The notes: a model not told the origin generated them from the sequence alone. 32,000 bases of DNA from Acidothermus cellulolyticus 11B (GCF_000015025.1 NC_008578.1:2190001-2222000); one strand, 5' to 3'; shown: positions 1 to 9,424, counted from the stretch's first letter. Made by a program: numbers and translations.

Positions 1-1702
1 CGGAAATCGTCACGGGGCTGGCGACCGTCAGGGTGCTCGACGACGTCGGCGACGAAATCGTCACCGTCGGCGGCGTGGTGTCCGTGGATGGCGACGCCGG
101 CACCAGTCCGCTCATCAGCGTCTGAGGTTGTACGCCCATGTCCGCGAAAAGGTTCACTGTGGCCTGCTGCATGCGCGGGTCGGCAGGCGACGTCGTACCA
201 TCGTGATCGTCGTCAAGTCCCCACGCCCACTGCACCGTGCCGGCGCCGAAAACGAGCGCCCCGCTCGGTGCCCGATACAAGGTGAGACTGTGGGTGACCG
301 TGCCCTGCGCCACGGTGTTTCCGTAGTCAATCATTTTCTGTGGGACGGACTCGACGGTTGATGACAAGTCGATGAGGCCGGCGGGTCGGAAGCCGTTGTC
401 GACATCGGAGTCGAATTCGTATCCGAGGGTGTTGGGCGCCAAGGTCGCGGTCTGACCGGGACCAAGGCTGGCCACCGACGTGTTCCGCCAGATGCGATCC
501 CTGCTGTACGGGTACGGCACCTGAATGGCGAAGCCGCCGGTATTCGACATGTACATGGTGCCGCTCAACGCATTTTCCGGGTGATACCCGTCACCTTGCG
601 GATTGATCGGTGGGCCAAAACGCGGGTCCCGCCAGGTGGCGGTGGTCGTCGTCGGTTCCAACGGGTCGATGGGCCCGTTCGCCCAGGTCTCCTTGTAACT
701 GACCAGCGTGCGGTACGGCGTGTTCGAGCCGTCAACGCTGGGTTCCCACCGAGTCTTCCAATAAATTTCGTTGCCGCTGAAGAAGGCGAGATTGACGCCG
801 GCGTCGCGGGCCGCTTCGACGTTCGCACGCTGTTCGCCCGACCAGTACTCGTCATGTCCGACCGATAAGAAGATGCGATGGTTGAGGAGCAGGCTGCCGT
901 TGCGCGCAGTGTCAACGCCGGAAATGTAACTGACGTCGTATCCATTCCGCTCCAGGAAGCGGATCATCGGATATTCGTTGCTGAACAAGTAATCACGGCC
1001 GTCGTTGTCGCCCCGCGTCGAGAACGGCCGATTGTAGCTGATCTTGTATGCCCGGCCGTTGCTCCCGGTGTAGAAGTCCGCACCGCCGTAGGTGTTGTAC
1101 GCCTCCCAGGTGGTGTCCGACGTCTGGAAGACGATGTCGGAGTGGCTCGAGTCGTCGCGGACGACAAAGGGAATCTGACTCTGCCCGCCGGTGTCGGTCC
1201 GGGTGAGAACCGCCAGGTACACCCCGGAGACGGCCGTGGTTGGTACCGTCCAGGAGGCCGAGACGGCCCAGTCTCCGCAGTCGACCAACTGGGTGGCCGG
1301 ATCGGTGATGCAGGCCGGCTGATTCTGCGGCAAGGCCGCCGACGGCGTGATGCTCGCAATCTTGCGCGCTCCGTCGCCGCCATACCAGCCCAGGCGGTAA
1401 ATGTCGATCGTGTATGCGGACGCGTCGGTCGAAATTTTGAAGTACTCGGTCTGGCCGATGTTCACGCTCATGTCGGTGGCGAAACCCTGGATGGTCGGAT
1501 CGCCGACGCCGGTCACGTCCCAGACGCTCTCCGGGGTCCCCGGTTTGGAGTTCTCGCAGACGATCGGGTTGCTCCCCGGTCCGCACGGCGATGTCGCGGC
1601 GGAAGCCGCCGGCTGTGCAGCGAGCAGTCCTCCTGCTGCCAAAGCAGCCGCCGCGAACACCCGCGCCACGTGCAGCGACCTCGTCGTTATCCGCGCCATC
1701 AT
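1..1702 (-). CDS. Secreted protein with N,N-dimethylformamidase beta-subunit-like domain; 3' end runs off the window
   Basis: Not in the ORF track because there is no stop codon inside the window. My manual minus-strand translation from the ATG at 1702-1700 reads open to position 2. It starts MMARITTRSLHVARVFAAAALAAGGLLAAQPAASA, a signal-peptide-like N-terminus. It continues with protein-like motifs: DTTWEAYNTYGG, SVGHDEYWSGEQR, FFSGNEIYWKTRWE, GTVQWAWGLDDDHDG. I recall these from the DMFase large-subunit-like family. The ATG overlaps the upstream stop codon (ATGA, 1699-1702). Confidence 0.65.
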   Translation of the reverse strand, partial: MMARITTRSLHVARVFAAAALAAGGLLAAQPAASAATSPCGPGSNPIVCENSKPGTPESVWDVTGVGDPTIQGFATDMSVNIGQTEYFKISTDASAYTIDIYRLGWYGGDGARKIASITPSAALPQNQPACITDPATQLVDCGDWAVSASWTVPTTAVSGVYLAVLTRTDTGGQSQIPFVVRDDSSHSDIVFQTSDTTWEAYNTYGGADFYTGSNGRAYKISYNRPFSTRGDNDGRDYLFSNEYPMIRFLERNGYDVSYISGVDTARNGSLLLNHRIFLSVGHDEYWSGEQRANVEAARDAGVNLAFFSGNEIYWKTRWEPSVDGSNTPYRTLVSYKETWANGPIDPLEPTTTTATWRDPRFGPPINPQGDGYHPENALSGTMYMSNTGGFAIQVPYPYSRDRIWRNTSVASLGPGQTATLAPNTLGYEFDSDVDNGFRPAGLIDLSSTVESVPQKMIDYGNTVAQGTVTHSLTLYRAPSGALVFGAGTVQWAWGLDDDHDGTTSPADPRMQQATVNLFADMGVQPQTLMSGLVPASPSTDTTPPTVTISSPTSSSTLTVASPVTIS

Positions 1703-2862
1703 CGAACCGCTCCTGTCTCGTGAGCCAACGGCGAGCCATCGCCGGGTGATGTCTCACCGACGGTCAACGCCTCGCGAAGAGTGTCGATGACCACGTCACA
1801 CTGCGACGTCGTCATGCCCGGAAAGATCGGAAGGGAGAGAATCTGCGTCGCCGCCCGCTCCGCGACAGGAAAGTCACCCGCACGATAGCCCAATCCCACA
1901 TACCCGGGTTGCAGGTGCACTGGTATCGGGTAATGCACCGCGGCACCGATACCGGCTCGGTTCAACGCCGCAAGGACGGAGTCACGGCGCGGAATTCGGA
2001 TGACGTACAGGTGCCACACGTGTTCATTGCCCGGGCGGACCGTCGGCACCCGCACCTCGTCGATCTCAGCGAGCCGCTCGCTGTAGTATACCGCGATCTC
2101 TTGACGCAGGGCGTTCCAGTCGTCAAGCCGGCGCAATTTTTCGCGGAGTATCACCGCCTGCAGGGCGTCCAATCGGGAATTGAACCCGATATCCGGATGG
2201 TGGTACTTCCGCGCGCTTCCGTGATTGGCGAGCCGGCGCGCGTATCGGGCGAGCCCCTCGTCATCAGTGAGAACGGCTCCCCCGTCGCCGTAGGCTCCGA
2301 GATTCTTCCCTGGATAGAAGCTGGTCGCGGCGATATGCCCAAGACCGCCGGCACGGCGGCCGTCCAGTCGGGCGCCTTGGCACTGGGCGGCGTCTTCGAT
2401 GAGAGCGAGATTGTGTTTCTCCGCAATCTTCGCCAGGTCGCGCATCGGAGCGACCTGGCCGTACAAGTGCACGGCAATGACCGCCCTGGTACGCGGCGAG
2501 ATTGCCGCTTCCACCCCGCGTGGGTCGATGAGCAGGTACTCGTCGTCGCAATCGACAAGCCGGGGAATCGCACCCGCGCGCAGGACGGCTTCCACCGTGG
2601 CGACGAAAGTGTTGGTCGGCACGATGACCTCATCGCCGGGTCCGATATGCAGAGCGCGGAGAGCGATTTCGATCGCGTCGGTACCGTTGGCCACTCCGAC
2701 GCAATGCGTCACCTCGCAGTAGCGGGCAAAGTCCGCTTCGAATTCCTCGACGGCGGCACCTCCGATAAAAGCGCCGCGCCGCATGACATCGAGCAGCGTC
2801 GGCAAAACCTGCGGCTCGATGACACTGTGCTGCCACGTAAGGTCGACGAGCGGAATCGGCAT
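1699..2862 (-). CDS. DegT/DnrJ/EryC1/StrS-family PLP-dependent sugar aminotransferase (copy 2)
   Basis: Track ORF 1699..2994 trimmed to the internal ATG at 2862 (MPIPLVDLTWQH...), 2 nt after the upstream stop. N-terminus and length (387 aa) are typical of DegT. Family-like segments: GVANGTDAIEIAL, FYPGKNLGAYGDGG, HYPIPVHLQP. Confidence 0.9.
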   Translation of the reverse strand: MPIPLVDLTWQHSVIEPQVLPTLLDVMRRGAFIGGAAVEEFEADFARYCEVTHCVGVANGTDAIEIALRALHIGPGDEVIVPTNTFVATVEAVLRAGAIPRLVDCDDEYLLIDPRGVEAAISPRTRAVIAVHLYGQVAPMRDLAKIAEKHNLALIEDAAQCQGARLDGRRAGGLGHIAATSFYPGKNLGAYGDGGAVLTDDEGLARYARRLANHGSARKYHHPDIGFNSRLDALQAVILREKLRRLDDWNALRQEIAVYYSERLAEIDEVRVPTVRPGNEHVWHLYVIRIPRRDSVLAALNRAGIGAAVHYPIPVHLQPGYVGLGYRAGDFPVAERAATQILSLPIFPGMTTSQCDVVIDTLREALTVGETSPGDGSPLAHETGAVR

Positions 2863-2864
2863 GT

Positions 2865-3548
2865 TCACCCCGTCCTTACGAGTTCGACACCGAGCGGAGT
2901 GGTGAAACCGGCGCGCCGGGCCGGCGTGCCATACCAGATCTCGCCGGCAGGGACGTCCACCGTAACCACTGACCCCATCCCGACCAGCGCCCACGCGCCG
3001 ATCCGCAGGTTTTCCCGAACCAGCGCGCCAGCGCCGACGTAAGCGCCGGTGTCAATCTGCACCGAGCCGCCGAACGTCGCGCCGGCGCAAATCGTGGCGA
3101 AATCCGCGACGACGTCGTCGTGCGTGAAAACCGCACGCGGCATGACGGCGACGTGTGCGCCGAGGCGGACCGCCGCCGTGGCGACGACACCCGCCAGGAC
3201 GAGGCATCCAGCACCAAGAACCGTGTCGGCGGCCAAGCAGGCGCTGGGATGCACGACCGTCGCGTACCGTTCCGCCGGCAAGGAGAGGCGACGGGCAAGC
3301 CGGTAACGGCTGGAGAAGTCACTAGGCCGGCCGGTCGCGAGAAGCACCTGGGCCGTTTCCGGGATGCTGTCGGCGGTGATCGGTCCGAGGACCGGCACCC
3401 CGTCGATCACCGTACCGTGGCGGGTTGCGTCATCGTCGAGAAAGCCGAGGAGCTGCCACGTCGCGCGCTCGGCGTTCACGGCATGCACCGCCTGGACCGC
3501 CTCGCGGGCGAGCCCACCGGAGCCGGCAATGACGAGCGGCCGGGTCAT
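2865..3548 (-). CDS. NeuD/PglD-family hexapeptide-repeat sugar N-acetyltransferase
   Basis: ORF 2865..3587 trimmed to MTRPLVIAGSGGLAREA (ATG 3548), which forms an ATGA overlap with the upstream stop. Has an N-terminal Rossmann-like GSGG segment followed by a left-handed beta-helix C-terminus (IGAHVAV..., GGSVQIDTGAYVGAGALV). Confidence 0.85.
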   Translation of the reverse strand: MTRPLVIAGSGGLAREAVQAVHAVNAERATWQLLGFLDDDATRHGTVIDGVPVLGPITADSIPETAQVLLATGRPSDFSSRYRLARRLSLPAERYATVVHPSACLAADTVLGAGCLVLAGVVATAAVRLGAHVAVMPRAVFTHDDVVADFATICAGATFGGSVQIDTGAYVGAGALVRENLRIGAWALVGMGSVVTVDVPAGEIWYGTPARRAGFTTPLGVELVRTG

Positions 3549-4537
3549 GCGACCCTCACCGGAATGACACCCTCGGCCTGGAGCCACCGCACCAAGTCGT
3601 GCAAACCGTCAGCGAGGCTGATGCGGGCCTCAAAGCCGAGCAATTCCTTCGCCTTGCGCGTGCTCGCCAACCGCCGGGTGACGTTGTTGACCCGCCGTGC
3701 CGGGGCGAATTCCGGACGCAGATCGCTGCCCATCGCTGCGAGAAGGGCATCGGCCAGCTCGCGCAGACTGGTTTCCGTTCCGGAGGCGACATTAATCACT
3801 TCGTCGCTCACCGGAGCCGCAGCAGCAAGAAGGTTCGCCCGCGCCACATCCGCGACGTGCACGAAGTCCATGGTCTGCAATCCGTCGCCTTCGATGATGG
3901 GCGGCTCACCGGCGGCGATGCGTTTCGCCCAACGGATCAGTACTTCCGTATAGACGCCGAAGGCGTCCATGCGCGGGCCGTACACGTTGAAATACCGCAG
4001 CGCGACATACTTGAGCCCGTACATGTCGTTGAAGCTGCGTAGCAGCCCCTCGTTGAAGGTCTTGATGGCGCCGTACAGCGTTCGGTTGTGGTACGGATGG
4101 TGCGTTTCTTCCGTTGGGAAACTCTCCGCCAGCCCGTACACCGAAGCCGACGACGCGGCGACGACCTTGTCAACCCCGGCTGCAACGGCGGCCTCGACGA
4201 CATTGAACGTCCCCGTCGCCAGCACATCGAACGCAAGCCGTGGTTCTTCCGCACACTGCGTGATACGAATCGCCGCTTGGTGAAAGACAAGGTCCGTCCC
4301 GGCGACGGCGTCGCGGACCACCGCCGGATCCCGAATATCGCCCTCGATGACCTCAACCCGGCCGGACGCGCATGCGGCGACGAGATTCTCCCGACGACCG
4401 CGGACGAAATTGTCCAGCACCACGACCCGCGACGCACCGGCCGCTATGAGCTGGTCCACGATGGTCGAGCCGATCGTTCCAGCACCGCCCGTCACCAAGG
4501 CCCGACAACCGCGCAACGCGTCAACATCAGCAATCAC
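3545..4537 (-). CDS. NAD-dependent epimerase/dehydratase (extended SDR; UDP-sugar 4-epimerase or 4,6-dehydratase-like)
   Basis: 330 aa. VTGGAGTIGS nucleotide-binding motif near the N-terminus and a YGAIK catalytic YxxxK. GTG start overlaps the upstream stop by 4 nt. Confidence 0.9.
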   Translation of the reverse strand: MIADVDALRGCRALVTGGAGTIGSTIVDQLIAAGASRVVVLDNFVRGRRENLVAACASGRVEVIEGDIRDPAVVRDAVAGTDLVFHQAAIRITQCAEEPRLAFDVLATGTFNVVEAAVAAGVDKVVAASSASVYGLAESFPTEETHHPYHNRTLYGAIKTFNEGLLRSFNDMYGLKYVALRYFNVYGPRMDAFGVYTEVLIRWAKRIAAGEPPIIEGDGLQTMDFVHVADVARANLLAAAAPVSDEVINVASGTETSLRELADALLAAMGSDLRPEFAPARRVNNVTRRLASTRKAKELLGFEARISLADGLHDLVRWLQAEGVIPVRVA

Positions 4538-5703
4538 AACAGGCGCTCCCTACCACCGTATGCCGCCGGGTCTGCGCTCGGCCGCGATACATCCCCGGAA
4601 TCCTCCGCTTCGGCGGCTCCTGCCGCTCCAGCCGGCACCGGCTCCCGAGTCCGCCCGTCCCGCAGCGCAACCGGCGCTCCACCGCGTTCCAGGCTGCGCG
4701 ACGCCGCCTCGAGAATGTCGAGGATCCGCAGTCCACTCATACCGTCCGTCAGCGCCGGGCGTCCCTCCCGGATCGCGGCTGCAAATTCGCTGACCACTTC
4801 ACCCAGTGCTTCCCGTTCCACCAGCGCAGGTGCCACCATGTCTCCCGCCCGGTAGGAAACCAATGCGTCGCGTCGCTGATCCCCGTCCAGTTCGGTCGTG
4901 GCGCGAAGGTCGACGCCGCGGTCGAAGAGGGCAATACGGGTCACCGGATTGAGGTCGTCCCAGAGCAGAATCCGTCGCGACCCGCCGATCAGCATGGTCC
5001 GGATTTTCACCGGACTGAGCCAGTTCACATGGATGTGCGCGAGGCCGCCGCCCGGCAGGGCGAGACTGAGATACGCCAGACACGCCCGCCCCGCGCCAAT
5101 GGGATCGGCGCCGTGCACCGCCACCGAGATCGGACGAACCTCCGCAGGGAAAACGAAATCCATAATGGACAAGTCGTGCGGCGCGAGATCCCAAATGACG
5201 TCGACGTCACGCTGCACAAGACCAAGGTTTATCCGCACGGAGTCGAGATACTGGACAGCGCCAAGGGTCCCGCTTGCGATAATGTCCCGCATCTTGCGGA
5301 CCGCCGGCGTGTAGCAGTACGTGTGATCGCACATCAGCACGAGCCCGCGCTCGATCGCCATGGCGACGAGAATGGCCGCGTCGTCATAACTGGCGGCCAG
5401 CGGTTTCTCCACCAGTACGTGTTTCCCCGCCCGCAGCGCCGCCGCCGCAATCGGGAAATGCGTGGCAACGGGCGTCGCGACGATGACGGCGTCGGTCTGC
5501 GGATCCGTCAGCACGTCCTCGAGATTGTCCGTCACCAGGGTGTCGGAGAACCGGCCGGCCACCCGGCGCGCTCGGTCGACGTCGACGTCGCAGACCCAGC
5601 GAAGGCGGAATTCCGGACTCGCGAGAACGTTACGCACCAGATTGGGACCCCAGTACCCGGCTCCGACGACGGCGACGCCCAGTGGTTCTCTCGTCATCGG
5701 CAT
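4534..5703 (-). CDS. Gfo/Idh/MocA-family NAD-dependent sugar dehydrogenase (WbpB/WlbA-like candidate)
   Basis: 389 aa. N-terminus GVAVVGAGYWGPNLVRN is a Rossmann motif, and VEKPLA is typical of the family. An alternative start at M3 (5697) would give an ATGA overlap with the upstream aminotransferase stop. Confidence 0.88.
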   Translation of the reverse strand: MPMTREPLGVAVVGAGYWGPNLVRNVLASPEFRLRWVCDVDVDRARRVAGRFSDTLVTDNLEDVLTDPQTDAVIVATPVATHFPIAAAALRAGKHVLVEKPLAASYDDAAILVAMAIERGLVLMCDHTYCYTPAVRKMRDIIASGTLGAVQYLDSVRINLGLVQRDVDVIWDLAPHDLSIMDFVFPAEVRPISVAVHGADPIGAGRACLAYLSLALPGGGLAHIHVNWLSPVKIRTMLIGGSRRILLWDDLNPVTRIALFDRGVDLRATTELDGDQRRDALVSYRAGDMVAPALVEREALGEVVSEFAAAIREGRPALTDGMSGLRILDILEAASRSLERGGAPVALRDGRTREPVPAGAAGAAEAEDSGDVSRPSADPAAYGGRERLL

Positions 5704-6887
5704 GCCTCTCGGAGAACGTCGCGGACGGCGGTGATGACCCGCTCCTGCTCACCGTCCGTCATCGCGTGAAACAGCGGAAGGATGATGGAACGTGTCGTCA
5801 CGGTGTCGGTCACGGGTAGGGCGCGCGACGCCATTCCCGCATACGCCGGTTCACGATGCGCCGCCATGATGCCTCGGCGTGCAGATATGCCGGCATCGAG
5901 CAGTCGGCTCAGAAATTCCTCCTGCGAAATGTGGTAACGCCCGTCGGGCAGAATCCAGAATGACTGAAAGTTCGTCGTGCCATATGGCGGGTCGGCCACG
6001 GTTTGGAGACCCGGCATGTCGGCGAAGGCGGCAATGTAACGGCTGGCACGTTCACGGCGGCGTGCCACGATGGCGTCGAGCTTTTCAAGTTGCGCGAGCC
6101 CGATAGCGGCTTGGACGTCGGTCATCCGGTAGTTGTAGCCGAGCTCGAGATAACGTTCCAGGACGGGCCGGCGGAGCTCATGGCGCTGCGCGGCCGAGAC
6201 ACTCATCGCGTGTTCACGGAGACGCCGTAGGCGGACGGCGAAATCCTCACGGCTGGTGAGAATCATGCCCCCTTCGCCGGTCGTAATAATCTTCCGCGGA
6301 TGAAACGAGAGTACGGCGAGATCGGAATGCGCTCCGATCGGCCGCCCGCGGTACGTCGAACCGATGGCACAGGCGGCATCTTCAATGAGGACGGCTCCTC
6401 GCGTGGCACATAACGCGGCGACAGCGTCGACGTCCGCCGGTGTTCCCGCCTGGTGGACAAGAAGGACGGCAACAGTCCGCGGTGTCCAGGCGCTCTCGAT
6501 GGTCTGAGGCGTGAGATTCAACGTGCCCGGATCGACGTCGGCGAACACTGGTGTCGCACCGCAATACCGGACGGCATTTGCCGTGGCGATAAAGGATAAC
6601 GAGGGAACGATGACGTCGTCACCGGGGCCGACTCCTGCCGCCAGCAACGCAAGGTGCAAGCCTGTCGTGCAGGATGACACCGCAATGCCGTGCTCGGCCC
6701 CGAGCCGTCGGGCGACCGCGCGTTCAAACTCTGCAACACGCGGGCCCTGCGCCACCCAGCCGGAGAGGACCACCTCAGCGGCCGCCTGCGCCTCGGCCTC
6801 ATCGAGCCACGGCTTCATCACCGGTATGAGCGCCGCCGAGTCCGAGGCGTTCAGACCGGTGATGGTCGCACCGCCCGTGTGCTTCAT
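5694..6887 (-). CDS. DegT/DnrJ/EryC1/StrS-family PLP-dependent sugar aminotransferase (copy 1; WbpE/PglE-like candidate)
   Basis: ORF 5694..6968 trimmed to MKHTGG... (ATG 6887) so that it does not overlap the upstream gene end at 6923. Shows the LIPVMKPWLDEAE DegT-type N-terminus and SFHPRKIITTGEGG around the PLP-lysine region. Confidence 0.87.
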   Translation of the reverse strand: MKHTGGATITGLNASDSAALIPVMKPWLDEAEAQAAAEVVLSGWVAQGPRVAEFERAVARRLGAEHGIAVSSCTTGLHLALLAAGVGPGDDVIVPSLSFIATANAVRYCGATPVFADVDPGTLNLTPQTIESAWTPRTVAVLLVHQAGTPADVDAVAALCATRGAVLIEDAACAIGSTYRGRPIGAHSDLAVLSFHPRKIITTGEGGMILTSREDFAVRLRRLREHAMSVSAAQRHELRRPVLERYLELGYNYRMTDVQAAIGLAQLEKLDAIVARRRERASRYIAAFADMPGLQTVADPPYGTTNFQSFWILPDGRYHISQEEFLSRLLDAGISARRGIMAAHREPAYAGMASRALPVTDTVTTRSIILPLFHAMTDGEQERVITAVRDVLREACR

Positions 6888-6922
6888 GGCATCCCGCCTA
6901 TCGGACGTCCCAAGCTCCGCCG

Positions 6923-8452
6923 TCAATACGCACCGGACCCACGGACGACAGCAAAGGCGGTCTTCCACAAAATCATGAGATCCAACCAGAAGGACCAGTT
7001 CTCGACGTACCAGAGGTCAAGCCGCACGGAGGTCTGCCAATCGAGGTCAGACCGGCCGCTGATTTGCCAGAGCCCGGTGAGGCCCGGCTTGACGAGGAGG
7101 CGGCGTTTCGCTTCCGGCCCATACATGGCGACTTCGCGGGCCAACGGCGGCCGAGGACCGACGAGCGACATATGACCGAGAAGAACGTTGACCAATTGCG
7201 GCAATTCATCGAGGGAATACCGCCGGAGGAATCGGCCGACCGGCGTCACCCGCGGATCGTCGACGAGTTTGAACAGCACACCAGTAGCACCATGCTTGTT
7301 CTTGTCCAGCAACTCGGTGAGCCGGTGCTCAGCGTCGGCGTACATGGACCGGAATTTGTACATCCGGAAAGACTTGCCGCCCTTGCCGACCCGCTGCTGG
7401 CAGAAGAATGCACCGCCGTCGCTCGTTGCAACCACCGCAATCGCGACGGCGAGGAGAAGCGGGCTGAGAACGATAAGGGCGATCGCCGCCGCGAACCGGT
7501 CGAACGCTTCTTTCAAGACACGGCGGAATCCGTGAAATTCGGGGGCTTCCACGTGCAGGAGCGGCAAGCCCGCGAGCGGCCGGATGTGAATGCGTGGACC
7601 CGTGACATCCACGATGGTGGGAGCGACGATGAGATCGACTCCTGCCGCTTCGAGATCCCATCCGAGTTTTCGGAGCTTGGGTCCGCACAATTCCGGGCAC
7701 GGCAGGACGGCGACGGCCGCGGCGTCTACCGCGACGACCGCCCGCGTCACCGACTCCAGATCGTCGATGACCGGTACACCGGCGGCGTCCAGCCGATGGT
7801 GCGAACCGGCCTTCCCACCGGGAACGCAGGCACCGACGACGAAGAGACCCGCGTACGCTTCCCGCCGCATCGCCTCCGCAAGCTCAGCCGCAGTCGCATC
7901 GTGTCCGACAATCAGCACCCGTTGCAGGTGGCGGCCTTGCCGTCGCTGGAAATGCAGCCACTTTCGCGCACCGTAACGCGTCACGAGGGTCGCGGTCATC
8001 GCGCCGGGCACGGCAAAGAGAGCGACGCCGCGGCCGCCGAGCGAGGACGTCGCATACCCGGCGGTCGCAATGCACGCGGTGAGGCCGAGTCCCGCATGCA
8101 CGACGCGGCGATACTCCTCAGACCCCAGCCCGAGAAAGCGGGGTTCGTACGCGCGCAGCAACGCCAAGGTCGCCGGCCAGCCCAAGCCAAGCGCGACGAC
8201 CTGGAGCCAGGCTGCTCGATCGACCCGGCCGGCGTACCCGGATGAATACACGAGAACCGCAAGAGCCGCGATGACCCCTTCCGCTACGGCAAGCACCCGG
8301 CCATAGCGACGCAGGAAGCTGAGCCGGTCCCGGACGGCACGCCGGCTCCGCGTTGTACGCAACACCCGATCGGTCCGACGCGGAAGCGTCGAGACCTCAT
8401 CAAGAACGACCACGCCCCCCACCTTCCGAAACTGTGTGACGTCTTGCCTCAA
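6923..8452 (-). CDS. Polyprenyl-phosphate glycosyl-1-phosphate transferase (bacterial sugar transferase, WbaP/CpsE-type initiating enzyme)
   Basis: 509 aa. Hydrophobic N-terminal half. C-terminal domain carries the family signatures SLVGPRPPL, PGLTGLWQISGRSDL and LDLWYVENWSFWLDLMILWKT. The track start is a TTG at 8452; in-frame GTG codons lie just downstream, so the start is uncertain. Confidence 0.88.
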   Translation of the reverse strand: MRQDVTQFRKVGGVVVLDEVSTLPRRTDRVLRTTRSRRAVRDRLSFLRRYGRVLAVAEGVIAALAVLVYSSGYAGRVDRAAWLQVVALGLGWPATLALLRAYEPRFLGLGSEEYRRVVHAGLGLTACIATAGYATSSLGGRGVALFAVPGAMTATLVTRYGARKWLHFQRRQGRHLQRVLIVGHDATAAELAEAMRREAYAGLFVVGACVPGGKAGSHHRLDAAGVPVIDDLESVTRAVVAVDAAAVAVLPCPELCGPKLRKLGWDLEAAGVDLIVAPTIVDVTGPRIHIRPLAGLPLLHVEAPEFHGFRRVLKEAFDRFAAAIALIVLSPLLLAVAIAVVATSDGGAFFCQQRVGKGGKSFRMYKFRSMYADAEHRLTELLDKNKHGATGVLFKLVDDPRVTPVGRFLRRYSLDELPQLVNVLLGHMSLVGPRPPLAREVAMYGPEAKRRLLVKPGLTGLWQISGRSDLDWQTSVRLDLWYVENWSFWLDLMILWKTAFAVVRGSGAY

Positions 8453-8848
8453 GTTCCCGAGACAATTCGCCGATGCCTTCCATGTAACGGAGGTCCTGCG
8501 GACCGTTCCGTTACTGGACCCACCCCAGGCCCTAGCTCACTGTACGATACTTGGCCCCTTCTGCGAAGAGGAACCGACGCATCCACGGGTAAACTCACCC
8601 GTTCGTCGCAGACGAATGCCGCTAAGCGTCGTGAGAGCAGCACAAACCGGAATAGGCTGAGTATCGGCTGATTTCCGATTTGTCGCATTTCGCAGCATTC
8701 GCGGGCAGCGGTGACGGCCTGAGCGCGGCAACGACGTCTCCCGGGCGTATGCATCAGGCTCGCGGGCGGATGCACCGACCTTCAGCGCGGCGGTAGCGTC
8801 CTCGCGCGCATCGGTACGGCCGCGGTAATGACCCGAAGTCAGGACAGA

Positions 8849-9424
8849 CTACTGCAATTGCTGACAGGTCGGACAGGTCAGTACAGCCGGCGGCTCAACC
8901 GCATCACTGATTTTCTGGCCGCAGCGGCACACCCAGCCACGATGACGGGCCGGGTTGCCAGCGACAAGCTGGTGCGGAGCGACGTCCCGGGTTACCACAG
9001 CGCCGGCGGCCACCATCGCCCACTCGCCAATCTCGTGACCACAGACGATCACTGCGCCGCCGCCGATCGACGCCCCCCGCCGGACAATCGTCGGTACGAC
9101 GGTCCACTCGGTGCTGCCGGCACGCGGGCGCAAGTCGTTGGTGAAGACAGCGCTCGGACCGACGAAGACATCATCCTCAAGGGTCACGCCCCGGTATACC
9201 GAGACGTTGTTCTGAATCTTGACGCGGTCGCCGATGCGGACGCCCTCGTCCACGAAGACGTTCTTCCCGATGTTGCATCCGACGCCAATCGATGCGCCGG
9301 TCCGCACGTGTACCTGACGCCAGAGCCGAGTGTCGCGGCCGATCTGCGCACCGGGTTCGACCTCCGCCGTCGGATGGCAGAAGAAGGAAGTTTCGGGACT
9401 CTCGGTCACCGATGAATCGCTCAT
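8849..9424 (-). CDS. Left-handed beta-helix sugar N-acetyltransferase (WbpD/QdtC/WxcM-like)
   Basis: 191 aa. FCHPTAEVEPGAQIGRDTRLWRQVHV...IGKNVFV...VKIQNNVSVYRGVTLEDDVFVGPSAVFTND...GNPAR matches the pattern I recall for UDP-2-acetamido-3-amino-sugar N-acetyltransferases. Has an extra C-terminal CxC...CxxC tail. Its ATG overlaps the lhgO stop (ATGA, 9421-9424). Confidence 0.85.
   Translation of the reverse strand: MSDSSVTESPETSFFCHPTAEVEPGAQIGRDTRLWRQVHVRTGASIGVGCNIGKNVFVDEGVRIGDRVKIQNNVSVYRGVTLEDDVFVGPSAVFTNDLRPRAGSTEWTVVPTIVRRGASIGGGAVIVCGHEIGEWAMVAAGAVVTRDVAPHQLVAGNPARHRGWVCRCGQKISDAVEPPAVLTCPTCQQLQ

Noticed and set aside
878-1757. ORFs 878..1723 (+) and 993..1757 (-), plus smaller ones between 88 and 1790
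   Set aside because: Their translations are Arg/Pro/Gly-rich and low in complexity, typical of wrong-frame reading in high-GC DNA. A different minus-strand frame gives a continuous, motif-rich protein across 1-1702.
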